A stretch of 64,000 bases of DNA from positions 30,881 through 94,880 of the forward strand of contig JAJQEC010000090.1 of the NCBI GenBank assembly GCA_021201815.1. The letters are read 5' to 3'. The translations under genes and the position numbers were made by a program. Positions 20,343 through 30,600 of the stretch are shown here, piece by piece; the stretch's first letter is position 1, and each line of letters opens with the position of its first letter. The notes below the pieces were generated by a model. The model was given only the letters and a program-made list of their open reading frames with translations, did not search any database and was not told where the DNA came from. Source of the stretch: Candidatus Azobacteroides sp. (GTDB lineage: Bacteria > Bacteroidota > Bacteroidia > Bacteroidales > WRGA01).

Positions 20343-20615
20343 AATGTGATAATGTGGGAATGTGCCAATTTGTTAATTTGCCAATGTGCCAATGTGTCAA
20401 TGAGTGGAAAGGATAAGGTTAGTGTCTGCATCTGATAATAAAATATTTTATTTATGTATTAATAAAATATGAATAAAGAAATAAATAACAACCGGTAAGA
20501 AACACCGACGTTATGTATTTTTTCTATTGTTTTATTCACTCATTAGTACATTTCATCATCCAAAAATTGATTTTGTCAATTTCTCTCATTGGCACATTGG
20601 CACATTAACACATTA
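20343..20615. repeat. Inverted AATGTG/CCAATGTG repeat arms flanking an AT-rich ~180-bp core
   Basis: The left arm CCAATGTGCCAATGTGTCAATGAG (about 20380-20403) is the reverse complement of the right arm CTCATTGGCACATTGGCACATTAA (about 20586-20609). Additional AATGTG hexamers start at 20343. Confidence 0.6.
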
Positions 20616-21482
20616 TCCTATTAGTATATTGACACATTTTTTTAAGCTTTCTTCCCAGTGGGGAATGGTTAAAGAAAACGTTTCCTTTATTTTTCGTTTA
20701 TTCAGTACGCTATAATAAGGACGGGAAGCTTTTGCCGGATACTCTTTTCCTTCGATGGGACTTACCTGGCAACTTATCCCTGCCATTTTGTGAATACTTT
20801 TTGTAAAATCATACCAGCTGCATACCCCTTCATTAGAATAATGATACACCCCCGAACGAAATCCTTGTTTTTCGGAAAAATCAATAATCTGTAAAATAGC
20901 CAGCGCCAGATCTCCCGAATAAGTAGGCGTTCCTACCTGATCAAAAACAACATTTAACCGGTCCCGTTCTTTTCCTAAGCGAATCATCGTTTTTACAAAA
21001 TTATTTCCGAAAGTAGAATACAACCAGGAAGTTCTTATCACCATACTATTTTGGGGATATATTTCATTTAATGCTTCCTCCCCTTTCAGTTTGGTCATTC
21101 CGTATACCGATACCGGCGCAACCGGATCTGTTTCTACATACGGCCGATAATTAGTCCCGTCAAATACATAATCGGTAGATATATGAATAATTTTTATCTG
21201 GTGTTCTTTTGCAGCCATTGCAAGATACCGGACTGCATCGTGATTAATGCGGCCTGCCATTTCTTTCTCGTCTTCTGCTTTATCGACAGCCGTATAAGCA
21301 GCACAATTAATAATATAAGAAACCGCATGCTCCTTTAAGAATCCACCTACATCTCCCTGACTACAGATATTTAATTCTGCGACATCCGTAAAAATAAAAT
21401 CAAACTCCGGAAATTCGGAAGATGCGATACGAAGGTCATTTCCCAACTGACCATTTGCGCCTGTAATTAAAATAGTTGCCAT
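20613..21482 (-). CDS. rfbD: dTDP-4-dehydrorhamnose reductase
   Basis: 289 aa. ILITGANGQLG Rossmann motif, YGMTKLKGE (YxxxK), and RmlD-type length and order. Confidence 0.9.
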   Translation of the reverse strand: MATILITGANGQLGNDLRIASSEFPEFDFIFTDVAELNICSQGDVGGFLKEHAVSYIINCAAYTAVDKAEDEKEMAGRINHDAVRYLAMAAKEHQIKIIHISTDYVFDGTNYRPYVETDPVAPVSVYGMTKLKGEEALNEIYPQNSMVIRTSWLYSTFGNNFVKTMIRLGKERDRLNVVFDQVGTPTYSGDLALAILQIIDFSEKQGFRSGVYHYSNEGVCSWYDFTKSIHKMAGISCQVSPIEGKEYPAKASRPYYSVLNKRKIKETFSLTIPHWEESLKKCVNILIG

Positions 21483-21698
21483 TTTGCTGTATTTAATAAT
21501 ATTCTACCCATTATTATACATGGTTAGCTTCTGTTTTCCTATAAACGATGAAATAATAAACAGAATGCTTTCCGACTTTTTACAAATTTTCTGCAAAGAT
21601 GCAACTATTTAAACAAATTCCCGGGATTTATAAATTATTTGATGGTATTTTTCCTGATTTATTTACCAATCACCCTATTGCTCTGCGGTAAGAGATTT

Positions 21699-22241
21699 TT
21701 ATAGTTCCAATCCTCCCTCTCTGTCAGCTTTATAACTTTCCGAAAGGATAGCCAGCAAGCGGCTGATCTGCTCTACAGCTTTTTGAGTGCCTTCTGTCAC
21801 AGGCTTTCCCTGCAATTTTAATAATAAATAACCGTATAAGGCGGCAAAACAGGTTTCAAGTTCCCCTTTCTGACTTTCTCCTGCTTTACTTCTGAGCTCT
21901 ACAATAAAGGGCAGGGTTTTATAATAAGCGGAAACATAAAAAGGTTGCCGGGAAGACTTTAGCATTCTTACATGCAGGTCGGTAAGTTCTATAAGAATAT
22001 TCTGATTTACCTGAAGATGTCCTTTCTCATTCACCTGTTCGATTTTCATCATTTCGATCAGGTTCTCATACCAGTTCCTTATCTGTTTTTTTACTTCCTC
22101 AGGCTGGTCAAATTTATCAATAATGTGTTGTTGTATTGCTTCAATATCCGAATGATAAGCACGGATAATATCTTCTATCTGCCACATATAAAGCAAATAC
22201 TCCGCAATATTTTCTTTCTTTTTCCGGTTAGCAATTAACAT
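21699..22241 (-). CDS. Conserved hypothetical protein (resembles the DUF4924 family)
   Basis: 180-aa helical ORF with no TM segment. Family name recalled from Bacteroidales genomes, not verified. Confidence 0.45.
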   Translation of the reverse strand: MLIANRKKKENIAEYLLYMWQIEDIIRAYHSDIEAIQQHIIDKFDQPEEVKKQIRNWYENLIEMMKIEQVNEKGHLQVNQNILIELTDLHVRMLKSSRQPFYVSAYYKTLPFIVELRSKAGESQKGELETCFAALYGYLLLKLQGKPVTEGTQKAVEQISRLLAILSESYKADREGGLEL

Positions 22242-22303
22242 ATTCGATTTTTCTCTCCCTTTTCAGGTCTTTGTTGGATACCATAAGAAAATCCCTTTTT
22301 AAA

Positions 22304-23292
22304 TCAGGGTATTTCTTTCCTGTCAGCTTCCGGGTCAAAAGCAGGCTCTGCAATAGAAGCATAAAAATCCCTGTCCTGTATTCCCAACTGACGACATAAA
22401 AGACGAATGCCATTGATATGTTCCAAAAACAAATTTACAGGAAAACATAGTTCCTGGCTTTTTACGATATATTCTCCGAAACGGGTTATTAATGTGATAT
22501 TTTGCTGCTCTTCCCTAAAAGCATGGCTTTCGTAAGGAATGGCTGTCACGTCTTCTCTTACTCCGGAAGCGAGCTTCTGCAATTCTTCATCGGACGCTTT
22601 ATATATGAATTTGCCGTCCCGTTCGATTTGCTCCACAAACTTATGAAAAACTTCGTAATAATCCTCAAAAGAAGAATAACCGGCCACACATTCTTTATTG
22701 ATGTCAGTTACGACTGCAATATGAGGACGCAGGAAATGTAACAACGGTTTTTTATCTATAGTAGCAGTAAAAAATTCATCGCCTTCAATAACGGCAATTC
22801 TGGCATCGTAACTTAATGCAATGGATTTGTCAATGCCTTCAATTTCAGAATTAAGGGCATAATCAACTTTTACATTCTGTTCTTTTAACGTCTTCAGGAG
22901 AAGAGAAAGAAAACATTTCCGGTTTTTGCTTCCGGCAACAACGACCCGGATTTTATTTTTTGTTCTTTCGAATATAAATTCAGATAAAGAAACAGTAAGT
23001 ACTCTTTTTTCTTTACTGGCTATTAACTCAGGATTCGTGTTATCAATATGAGGAGCAGGAACCACTGCCATCAGGTTATTCGTAATGAAGTCGGGATCCC
23101 ATCCTTTGTATAGGTGTACCCCTTTCTCTTTCAACCGGGAAAGATAAGGTTCTTTTATTTCCGGATCCGAACCACTCACTTCATACTTTTTTCTATAAGG
23201 GCTATGGCAAGATCGCTCATTATTTTGTTGCCTATAGAAATAAGATGAATTTTTCTTTTTGAGGATAGCGGAGTATTCTCAAATTTATCCAT
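22304..23292 (-). pseudogene. Mur ligase-like protein (Mpl/MurC-type N-domain) with a frameshift in an A6 run
   Basis: A short frame from the ATG at 23290-23292 gives MDKFENTPLSSKRKIHLISIGNKIMSDLAIALIEKSMK*. The main ORF continues ...YEVSGSDPEIKEPYL. One extra A in the coding-strand A6 run (T6 at 23187-23192 on plus) would give IHLISIGNKIMSDLAIALIEKKYEVSGSD, the classic Mur ligase N-terminus. The P-loop position reads VAGSKNRK (degenerate). Confidence 0.6.
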
Positions 23293-23942
23293 ATGAGTTA
23301 TAGCAATTTTTAATTTGTGACAAAAATAATATGAATCAACGATTTATCAAATATTAATTCATCTTTTTCAAATAAAATCTCAAATATTTATTAAATATTA
23401 TTAGAACAAACCTCGCAAACAATTGTTTTATAATAATATATAAAATTAACTTAATCATTGTTTCGGAAAGATATTTTTAACTACCTCAACAAATAATTAA
23501 ATTATTTTTATCACCCAACGCTGTTTAATAAGGAACCGGAGTGCTCATAAATAAATATTCCGGAAAGTAAATACGGAGTATTCCTATTACCTTCTCTTGT
23601 ATAAAATCAAAAAAGTTTGAGAATTTCTTCAGTTTACCTGTTTCTTTATTTCGTAGCAGGAGTCCCTGCGTAATACTATTAATTTTACAAATACATTAAG
23701 AAAAACAGGAGATTACTTACCTTATCCTTATATCCTATCTTTATTGAATCGATCACCCTTTTCAGCAAAGCGATTATATTAAATCTTTATGCAAAGATAC
23801 ATCGTATTCCTTTAATATTTTACAAAGTCAAAAGAAATTATCGGATTTAAAACATAGTTTAAGTTTTCAAAATAAAGAATAAGATTTTTTACATTAAAAT
23901 TAACCCTCCTATTTTAAAAGAGAAGTAATCAGTGAGAAAGGC

Positions 23943-25424
23943 TTAGAAAACATATGTCATTAACAAACGTGTTTCAAAAGACTGTGAAAATACATCCGGA
24001 AAATACCTGTAATTCGTATTGCGTGTATAAGCATAAGACATACTGGTCAAATATAGGTTTTTCCTCACTTTCAAATCGAATCTTAAACAAAAAGAATGCG
24101 TTGTAGACTGCGAAGTATCCCCCTGTGCATTTAAGGTCCTTTCGTCTACTGTTTCCCAGTTAATGTTCTCAGGATATCCCTTCCATGTGAAAAGACGGAA
24201 GGTTTCATTCATTAAAGAAACACTGAAAATATCTTTATAAGAGAGCGCACCACCCAGTTTCCAGCCAAATCCGCTTCCTAAGTTATAATCTCTGTCATTT
24301 AATACGTAATGATCACTCAACGAGGCGCCTAACAGAATTCCATTGAAATGAAAAAAAGAATTAAATCCCCAATTACCGGGCCGATTACTTTTGTGAATTA
24401 ACCCCAGCCCGAAGGATGCCGGAGTACTGAATCTATAGGGTACATCGGATGATACGGCTGAAATAGTATCGGAATCATAATAATCATAATACTGATACAT
24501 ACCCAGACTTAAAAAATCTTTTGTGTTATTCATTAATTCCGTAGAATATAAACGTCCCATGATATTCAACTGACCAAGAAACGGCTGAGAGCTATGTGCA
24601 TTTAAATTCAACTTAAAAGTAATATAATCATAAGGAGTATGGCTGTCTCCTTCAAACCGGTCACCATATTCTACCTGAATATTAGCTACTCCCCCCACCC
24701 CTGTATCCAGAATCGGTTTTTTCAATTCCAGCACCCGGAGTCCTGCCGATACTTCGATCTTCAAATCCGGTGTTGGAAAGTATTTCCCGGAATGGGGTCT
24801 TTTCCTCCAGGCTTCTCCGTTAAGGATTCGGGTTATTCCACGTGTAGGAGCTACAATAAAAGAAGCAAATTCCAATCCGAAACGAGTAAAACCGGTTTTT
24901 CTGTCATCCAGAATAAGATCTGAGGAACGAAACAGAAATTCCCCTATTGCCATTCCTCCGATAGGAGTAGCAATGATATCGTTGGTAGAAGGATATTCAC
25001 ATTCCATAAAAAGTTCCCACATGGCACTTCCTGCCAAAGCCAGTCCGCCTGATTCCCAATAATTCAATCCGTTGGCTCGTCTTGCAATAAAATAAAGGCT
25101 TCCATTATAAGGATGAAGAAACATATTCGTACCCATATAATCATTATCCCAGATAAATCCATGTTTGAAATTTTCTTTTATGGTATGCCAACTGATATAG
25201 GAAAAATCGCCTTTTTGGATGTACCGGTCATGTGCCCATAATCCGATATTTAATCCGAATGTAATTGCTCCTGCCTGCAGCCAGTTCTTTTTTGGAACCG
25301 TATCTCCTTTAAAAGAAACCGGACGGGAAAGGTCTTTATTGACAGGAGTAAAAAGCTGTGCATTCAGAGAAACGCTAAAAAGAAGGATGATGAACAAAAG
25401 AAAGAGCAGGTATTTTTTTTTCAT
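23943..25424 (-). CDS. Secreted or outer-membrane protein (resembles the DUF3943 family)
   Basis: 493 aa with a signal peptide. HPYNGSLYF...GSAMWELFMECEYPSTNDIIATPIGG block. C-terminal aromatic residue (…LMTYVF) is typical of OM beta-barrels. Confidence 0.5.
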   Translation of the reverse strand: MKKKYLLFLLFIILLFSVSLNAQLFTPVNKDLSRPVSFKGDTVPKKNWLQAGAITFGLNIGLWAHDRYIQKGDFSYISWHTIKENFKHGFIWDNDYMGTNMFLHPYNGSLYFIARRANGLNYWESGGLALAGSAMWELFMECEYPSTNDIIATPIGGMAIGEFLFRSSDLILDDRKTGFTRFGLEFASFIVAPTRGITRILNGEAWRKRPHSGKYFPTPDLKIEVSAGLRVLELKKPILDTGVGGVANIQVEYGDRFEGDSHTPYDYITFKLNLNAHSSQPFLGQLNIMGRLYSTELMNNTKDFLSLGMYQYYDYYDSDTISAVSSDVPYRFSTPASFGLGLIHKSNRPGNWGFNSFFHFNGILLGASLSDHYVLNDRDYNLGSGFGWKLGGALSYKDIFSVSLMNETFRLFTWKGYPENINWETVDERTLNAQGDTSQSTTHSFCLRFDLKVRKNLYLTSMSYAYTRNTNYRYFPDVFSQSFETRLLMTYVF

Positions 25425-25811
25425 TCCAAAAACTTCATATTTTCCACACTATTATTTTCCTTCATAAAGAAACAAACTTCATTCCCTAAAAGTTAGATGG
25501 TTAAAAAGAAAAATTTTCCCCTTAATAATTTATACGGAATAAGAAAGCTGAAAATGTAATTTACAGGAGTTAGCTGAAAAATCCTGCCGCAAACTATTTA
25601 AATTAACTTCTTTCCAGGCAGGAAATTACTTCGGATTCCGAAAAGAGGAGTGAATTTTTTAGTAAAAAAGAGAGATCAAAAATTTTAATTGCTATTTTTA
25701 TCTTTCAAAATAGCCATGAGCGAATGAAATATTTCCGGAAAACCAATTATTAATTTTATTTTCTGCTATATCATATAAACAAAAAATTTTACCAATCAAA
25801 ACCAATACCGT

Positions 25812-26714
25812 ATGAACAGGAATTTACTTATTTTCTTACCATTCTTATTCTTCTTTTCTCTCTTCCTGCAGGCAAATGAAAAGGAAGAAAAATTGATTTT
25901 TACTTACAAAGCAGGTGATATTACAATCACACTACTATCGGAAATGCAACGGGAAGGGACTTCGGATATCCTTATCGGTGCCAGTGAAGAAATAATAGCA
26001 AAAGAAATACCATCGGGAGTATATCCGAGTGCTGTCAATGTGTTTCTTGTGGAAACACCGGACAAAACGATCCTGATAGATGCCGGCTTTGGGATAAAGT
26101 TATTCGATAACCTCCATTCAATCGGCAAAAATATAGAGGATATTGATATTATCCTTCTCACCCATATGCATGGAGATCATATCGGTGGCCTGTTACGTGA
26201 CGGAGAAAAAAGTTTTCCGAATGCAGCCCTGTATATTCCACGGAAAGAGTATTCCTACTGGACAAGTAAAGAAGAGATGGAAAAAGTAACCGAAAATAAA
26301 CGGAGTGGCTTTCTGAATGCTCAAAAGACAATAGAAAGCTATCAGGATAAGTTACAATTATTTGATCCGGAGGAAGCCGGTAGTGCTGCTACCGAACTTT
26401 TCCCCGGTATTACCCCGCTTGCTGCTTATGGACATACACCCGGACATACGGGGTATTTATTGGAATCGAACGGCAATACCCTTTTTATATGGGGGGACCT
26501 GGTAAATTGTATGCCCATCCAGGTGCCTTATCCGCAAATTGCTACCGTGCATGATATTGACCCGTTGCAGGCAAGTATAACCCGGGAAAAATTATTCCAT
26601 TATCTTTTGACAAATAATATCCGGATAGCAGGGATGCATATTGAATATCCGGCGATGGGTGAGCTTCGGTTAATTGACGGCAAGTACCGCTTTGATATAT
26701 TTCAGGAAAAATGA
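25812..26714 (+). CDS. MBL-fold metallo-hydrolase, secreted
   Basis: Signal peptide; HMHGDHIGG (HxHxDH) motif; later GHTPGH. Confidence 0.85.
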   Translation: MNRNLLIFLPFLFFFSLFLQANEKEEKLIFTYKAGDITITLLSEMQREGTSDILIGASEEIIAKEIPSGVYPSAVNVFLVETPDKTILIDAGFGIKLFDNLHSIGKNIEDIDIILLTHMHGDHIGGLLRDGEKSFPNAALYIPRKEYSYWTSKEEMEKVTENKRSGFLNAQKTIESYQDKLQLFDPEEAGSAATELFPGITPLAAYGHTPGHTGYLLESNGNTLFIWGDLVNCMPIQVPYPQIATVHDIDPLQASITREKLFHYLLTNNIRIAGMHIEYPAMGELRLIDGKYRFDIFQEK

Positions 26715-26850
26715 TAGAAACTAATTTGTATGACCATCCAGCTACCGACCTGATTCCTTTTTTTCCACCTATCCATCACTACTGACAAATAAATTAGGAG
26801 AGAAAAAACGGATATTAAGTTAAAAATGACATTTTAATCAATAATTTTTA

Positions 26851-26858
26851 TATGTTTG
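26851..26858 (+). promoter_or_regulatory. Bacteroidota -7 box TAnnTTTG
   Basis: TATGTTTG sits 36 nt upstream of the ATG at 26894. Confidence 0.4.
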
Positions 26859-26893
26859 TAATATATTTCATTTAATCCATAAAAATTATTCTC

Positions 26894-27382
26894 ATGAAAA
26901 AAGTATTTTTTCTTGCCGTTGCTCTTATGTCTGTGATTTTATTTAGTTGTGGAGATGGTTCCACACGTACTGTAGGTCCGAGAGTTTTTAATGACACGGC
27001 TATAAAAACGTTCCAGGCAGCTAATAAAACCCTGGAGGAATTCGATGCAAAAATTACAGAGGCTGTTAAAACCAATAATCTTTCCGGTCTTGAAGCGGAA
27101 GCGGATGCTGCTTCGGCTGATATTGACGAGAAAATAGAGAAAATGCAAGCATTAAATGGCCCTGAAACTGCACAGGATTACAAAAATGCTGTGCTAAAAT
27201 CTCTGGAATCGGTAAAAGAAGTAATTGCAACCGGTAAAAAATATGCTTCTTTGCCAGAAGGATATTCCAAAAAAGACTTCAACGCATTGGAAAAAGAATA
27301 CAATGAAAAAAGAAAAGAACTTTCGAATAACCTGAAAGAAGTAGCTACGGCACAGGCAGCCTTTGCAAAAACCGTTAATTAA
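26894..27382 (+). CDS. Helical lipoprotein, function unknown
   Basis: 162 aa with lipobox ILFSCGDG. The remainder is predicted helical and Ala/Lys/Glu-rich. Confidence 0.5.
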   Translation: MKKVFFLAVALMSVILFSCGDGSTRTVGPRVFNDTAIKTFQAANKTLEEFDAKITEAVKTNNLSGLEAEADAASADIDEKIEKMQALNGPETAQDYKNAVLKSLESVKEVIATGKKYASLPEGYSKKDFNALEKEYNEKRKELSNNLKEVATAQAAFAKTVN

Positions 27383-27425
27383 ATTTCCCCTGAATGAATT
27401 TCTTTTTCGGAAAATGAAAAAAGGA

Positions 27426-27468
27426 AATCCCGATAATTATATAGCGAACTATATGATTATCGGGATTT
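27426..27468 (+). terminator. Rho-independent terminator
   Basis: AATCCCGATAATTATATAG-CGAA-CTATATGATTATCGGGATT is a ~19-bp stem with one mismatch, followed by TTTATTT. Confidence 0.65.
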
Positions 27469-27556
27469 TTATTTCCGGAAACTATAACGATAAGGCTTTA
27501 TTTTAACCGGTAGCTCAGGGTATGTTTTCCCTCTTCCATTTAAATATAATAACAGG

Positions 27557-27594
27557 AAAGGCCGGCACTCATCATTTCCGGCCTTTTTATTTTG
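27557..27594. terminator. Hairpin terminator between convergent genes (possibly bidirectional)
   Basis: AAAGGCCGG-12 nt-CCGGCCTTT is followed by TTTATTTT on the plus strand. It lies about 35 nt downstream of the minus-strand stop at 27626. Confidence 0.5.
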
Positions 27595-27625
27595 TAAGAT
27601 CAGACAAATAGTTAATGTGGACCCT

Positions 27626-30600
27626 TTACTTCTCGAATTTCCCTAAAATCAATACATCACCGGGTACATATACTTGTTGAAGATTAATATAATTGTCGAA
27701 AGGAAAGAGAAGGTTTTTAAGGACAAATACGGAAATACTTTTGAAATCCATGGACAGATTTTTCTTTAATGCAGGCATAAGTAATTCTCCCAATTTATTA
27801 TTTATATGTTTTTGTATATCATCACAACCACAACTTCCTCCGCCGGAAGTTTTTACCACTATTGTCGGAAGTTGATCTTTTAAATTAATTATAATGTCCT
27901 GTTCCCTTCCCAAACCGGAAATTGTCAACGGAAGATTACCGGAAATTGTTAATAATAAAGTCGAATTAAGTTCGTCTTTAGAGGTTGTTTTTCCTCCCAT
28001 ATTGTTATAGATCGTTTTATGGCAGATAGTAATAAATTTATTATTTCCGGAATAGGTTAACTTTATTGTTCCTGTCTTCTCAGGATTTAATGTCATATCA
28101 TCGAGATCCCACCTGTAAGGATTGATTTTAGCTTCGTATTTCTCAAAAACATAACAGTCTCCATACCTGTAACTTCTATTCATTGCTGAGAGATCTATGC
28201 TTTCTTCTATAGAAGCTCCGCTTAAAATAGTGTACCAGAACTTTTTTTTATCTTGCGGATCTTTCCCTTTTGGCATCCATTTATTTTCACAAACAGACGC
28301 CGGTAAAATACTGGCGAAAAAAAGTTCATTGCTGATCATAATACTGGTTTGGCTTCCTTCGGAGACAGGCTCCTCAATATCCGTGCTCAGGCTCAGGTGA
28401 CTATAGTCCGGATCGGTTATTTGCCGGTTATTGGTATGAATAAATACCTGAAGAAGATGGTTATTATTGCGGGTAGTAAGGACTTTGAACAAGAACTGAT
28501 TCGGCTTAAGATCTGCTAGCGTGGAAATCTTACTGAGGTCCAGGGAGTTGATAATATAATAGACCGGATTGTTTGAAAAATAACTTTTTACCGCTTCACT
28601 GAATGCCAACTTTTCCGGGTCACTCATATCCAGTTTTATATTTTTTGCTTCGAAGGTCCCTTTTTCCATATCCAGCACAATACTGCATATCTGCTGATTT
28701 TGCTTTACCAGTCCTTTTACTGTGCTCAGTTGGATAATAGCTTCCAGTTGACCGTTTTTTACCTCTGTTACCTGTGAAAAATATTCCATGACAAGCAACA
28801 CTTTTCCCTCAATGGTTTCTTCATGGATGGATTCTTTGGGTATGTCGTAAAGGTCTGCAATCTTTTCCAATTGAATCCTGTTTTCTTCGGTTTTAACTCC
28901 GGCATATCGACTACCCGATTTTATTTCTCCCGCTGTTATCTGCATAATCAGACGGGTATTTTTATCTGCATTTACCAGAAATTCCAATTGCGGATACCCA
29001 TATTCGAGGTTAAAATAAGTACTATCATACCGTGTGATATTTTTTATCTTTTCTTTCTCTATCCGGGTATCGACAGTTATTTTGCCTCCATACAAGTGTT
29101 CTTTTTTCAGTTCCTCGTACTGCTTCTTCAATACCTCATTGATATTGTTGAGCTGCATGTTCAGGACGGCATCCCATCCATTCAGCTTAGTACCGCCTGA
29201 ACCCATCGCACTTACCAATTCCTGTTCGGAAGGTAGAAAACCATACTCCCCGGAGTTTATTCTTATTTTTTCTTCCAGTATTCTGGTTTGAAGAATAAAA
29301 GTCAGAGTAACTTTTACTGTCAATCCATCAAATAGAAGGTTCTTGTTCGTAACTGTCGGCAAAGAAATCTCCCAGCAGGAAAAAGGAGTGATCATAGTTG
29401 CGTTTTCTGACCATGATTCTCCATGGTCACTGAATTGGGGACGATTTCCTTCTACCTTATAAATATAAGCACGCCCTCTTTCCAGCGTATTGAATGTCAG
29501 TATACGCCCGTCAAGTCCCTTATTATAAAACGGACGTCCCCTGTACCTTAGTTTTACCACATATTCTCCTGTGTCGGTTGATTGTATTCCTTCCACTTTA
29601 GCAACCACAGCCTTTACTTTTACATCTACATAAGGCTGAAAATCGCAGAAATCAGGATGCAGGTTAAATTGATAGATTCCTCCTTCTTTCAACGATCCGG
29701 AAGGAATTTCTATATACACTTCCTGAGGGTTTGTCGTAAATGCCTGATGTTTTTCCAGCTCTGCCCTGGCTTTATTGGTGTTTTGTATCTGATCTACCAG
29801 CGCACTTTTAATTCCTAATGTACTGAAAGAAGTAACAGGGGTGGAAGGTTGCAAATAAATATAAGATAAAGATTGATCCCGCAGAATAAATGACCTGGAC
29901 AACATACTTAACATGTGGGACTGCATGGAAGATAAGCTTCCGATAAGGCCGGTAAGATCGATTTTTTCTATTTCCAGATCCTTGATATCGGAGGGGTTCA
30001 GGTCTTTTCCCAGTTGATTTAACCGTTCAATCTGTTCTTTTATCAGCCGCTGTTTGCTTTGTTGAATATAAATTTCCCTGCTTGTGGCATTGTAAGTCGA
30101 TTTTCCGGAAGTATAGGCTTTTCCTTTTAAAATAAAAACCTTAAAAGAGGCCACCAGCTTTGTTTTTTCTTTTCCCACATTTAGTTTTGCGGGAACATAA
30201 GACAAAATCTCATCGAACCGGATACCTAACTCGTCCCATTTCATATCGGAACTAAGCAGTCCTGAAATTCCTTCAAATTCCTTTTGTGCATCTTTAAGTG
30301 TATCGATCGATTGGGTAATATCTTTATAGAATTTATCCAGCGAAGAAACAATATTAAGGAATTTCTGTATCTGTTGGGCCAGGCTTCCCAGTTCCTTTAC
30401 TGCCCCTATGGAGCTGGCAGGAATAAAGATAGATGTTCCGAGGGAAAATAAATCTCTCGCTACTGTTAATCCGAAATTCACTCCCTCTTTAATAGAGATT
30501 TCCAATTGTTTATTTCTTAAAGCCTCTTCATAATCCTGAACATCTGCGATCAGGTCTGCTTTAGCTAGCTTTAATTCTTTATCCAGTTCATCGATGGCAA

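Noticed and set aside
16362-20364. A 14-nt string, GATAATGTGGGAAT, is shared between the TIR elements (about 16362 and 16938) and the prfC upstream repeats (about 20349).
   Set aside because: A few chance 14-mer matches are expected within 64 kb of AT-biased sequence. The flanking sequence does not align.
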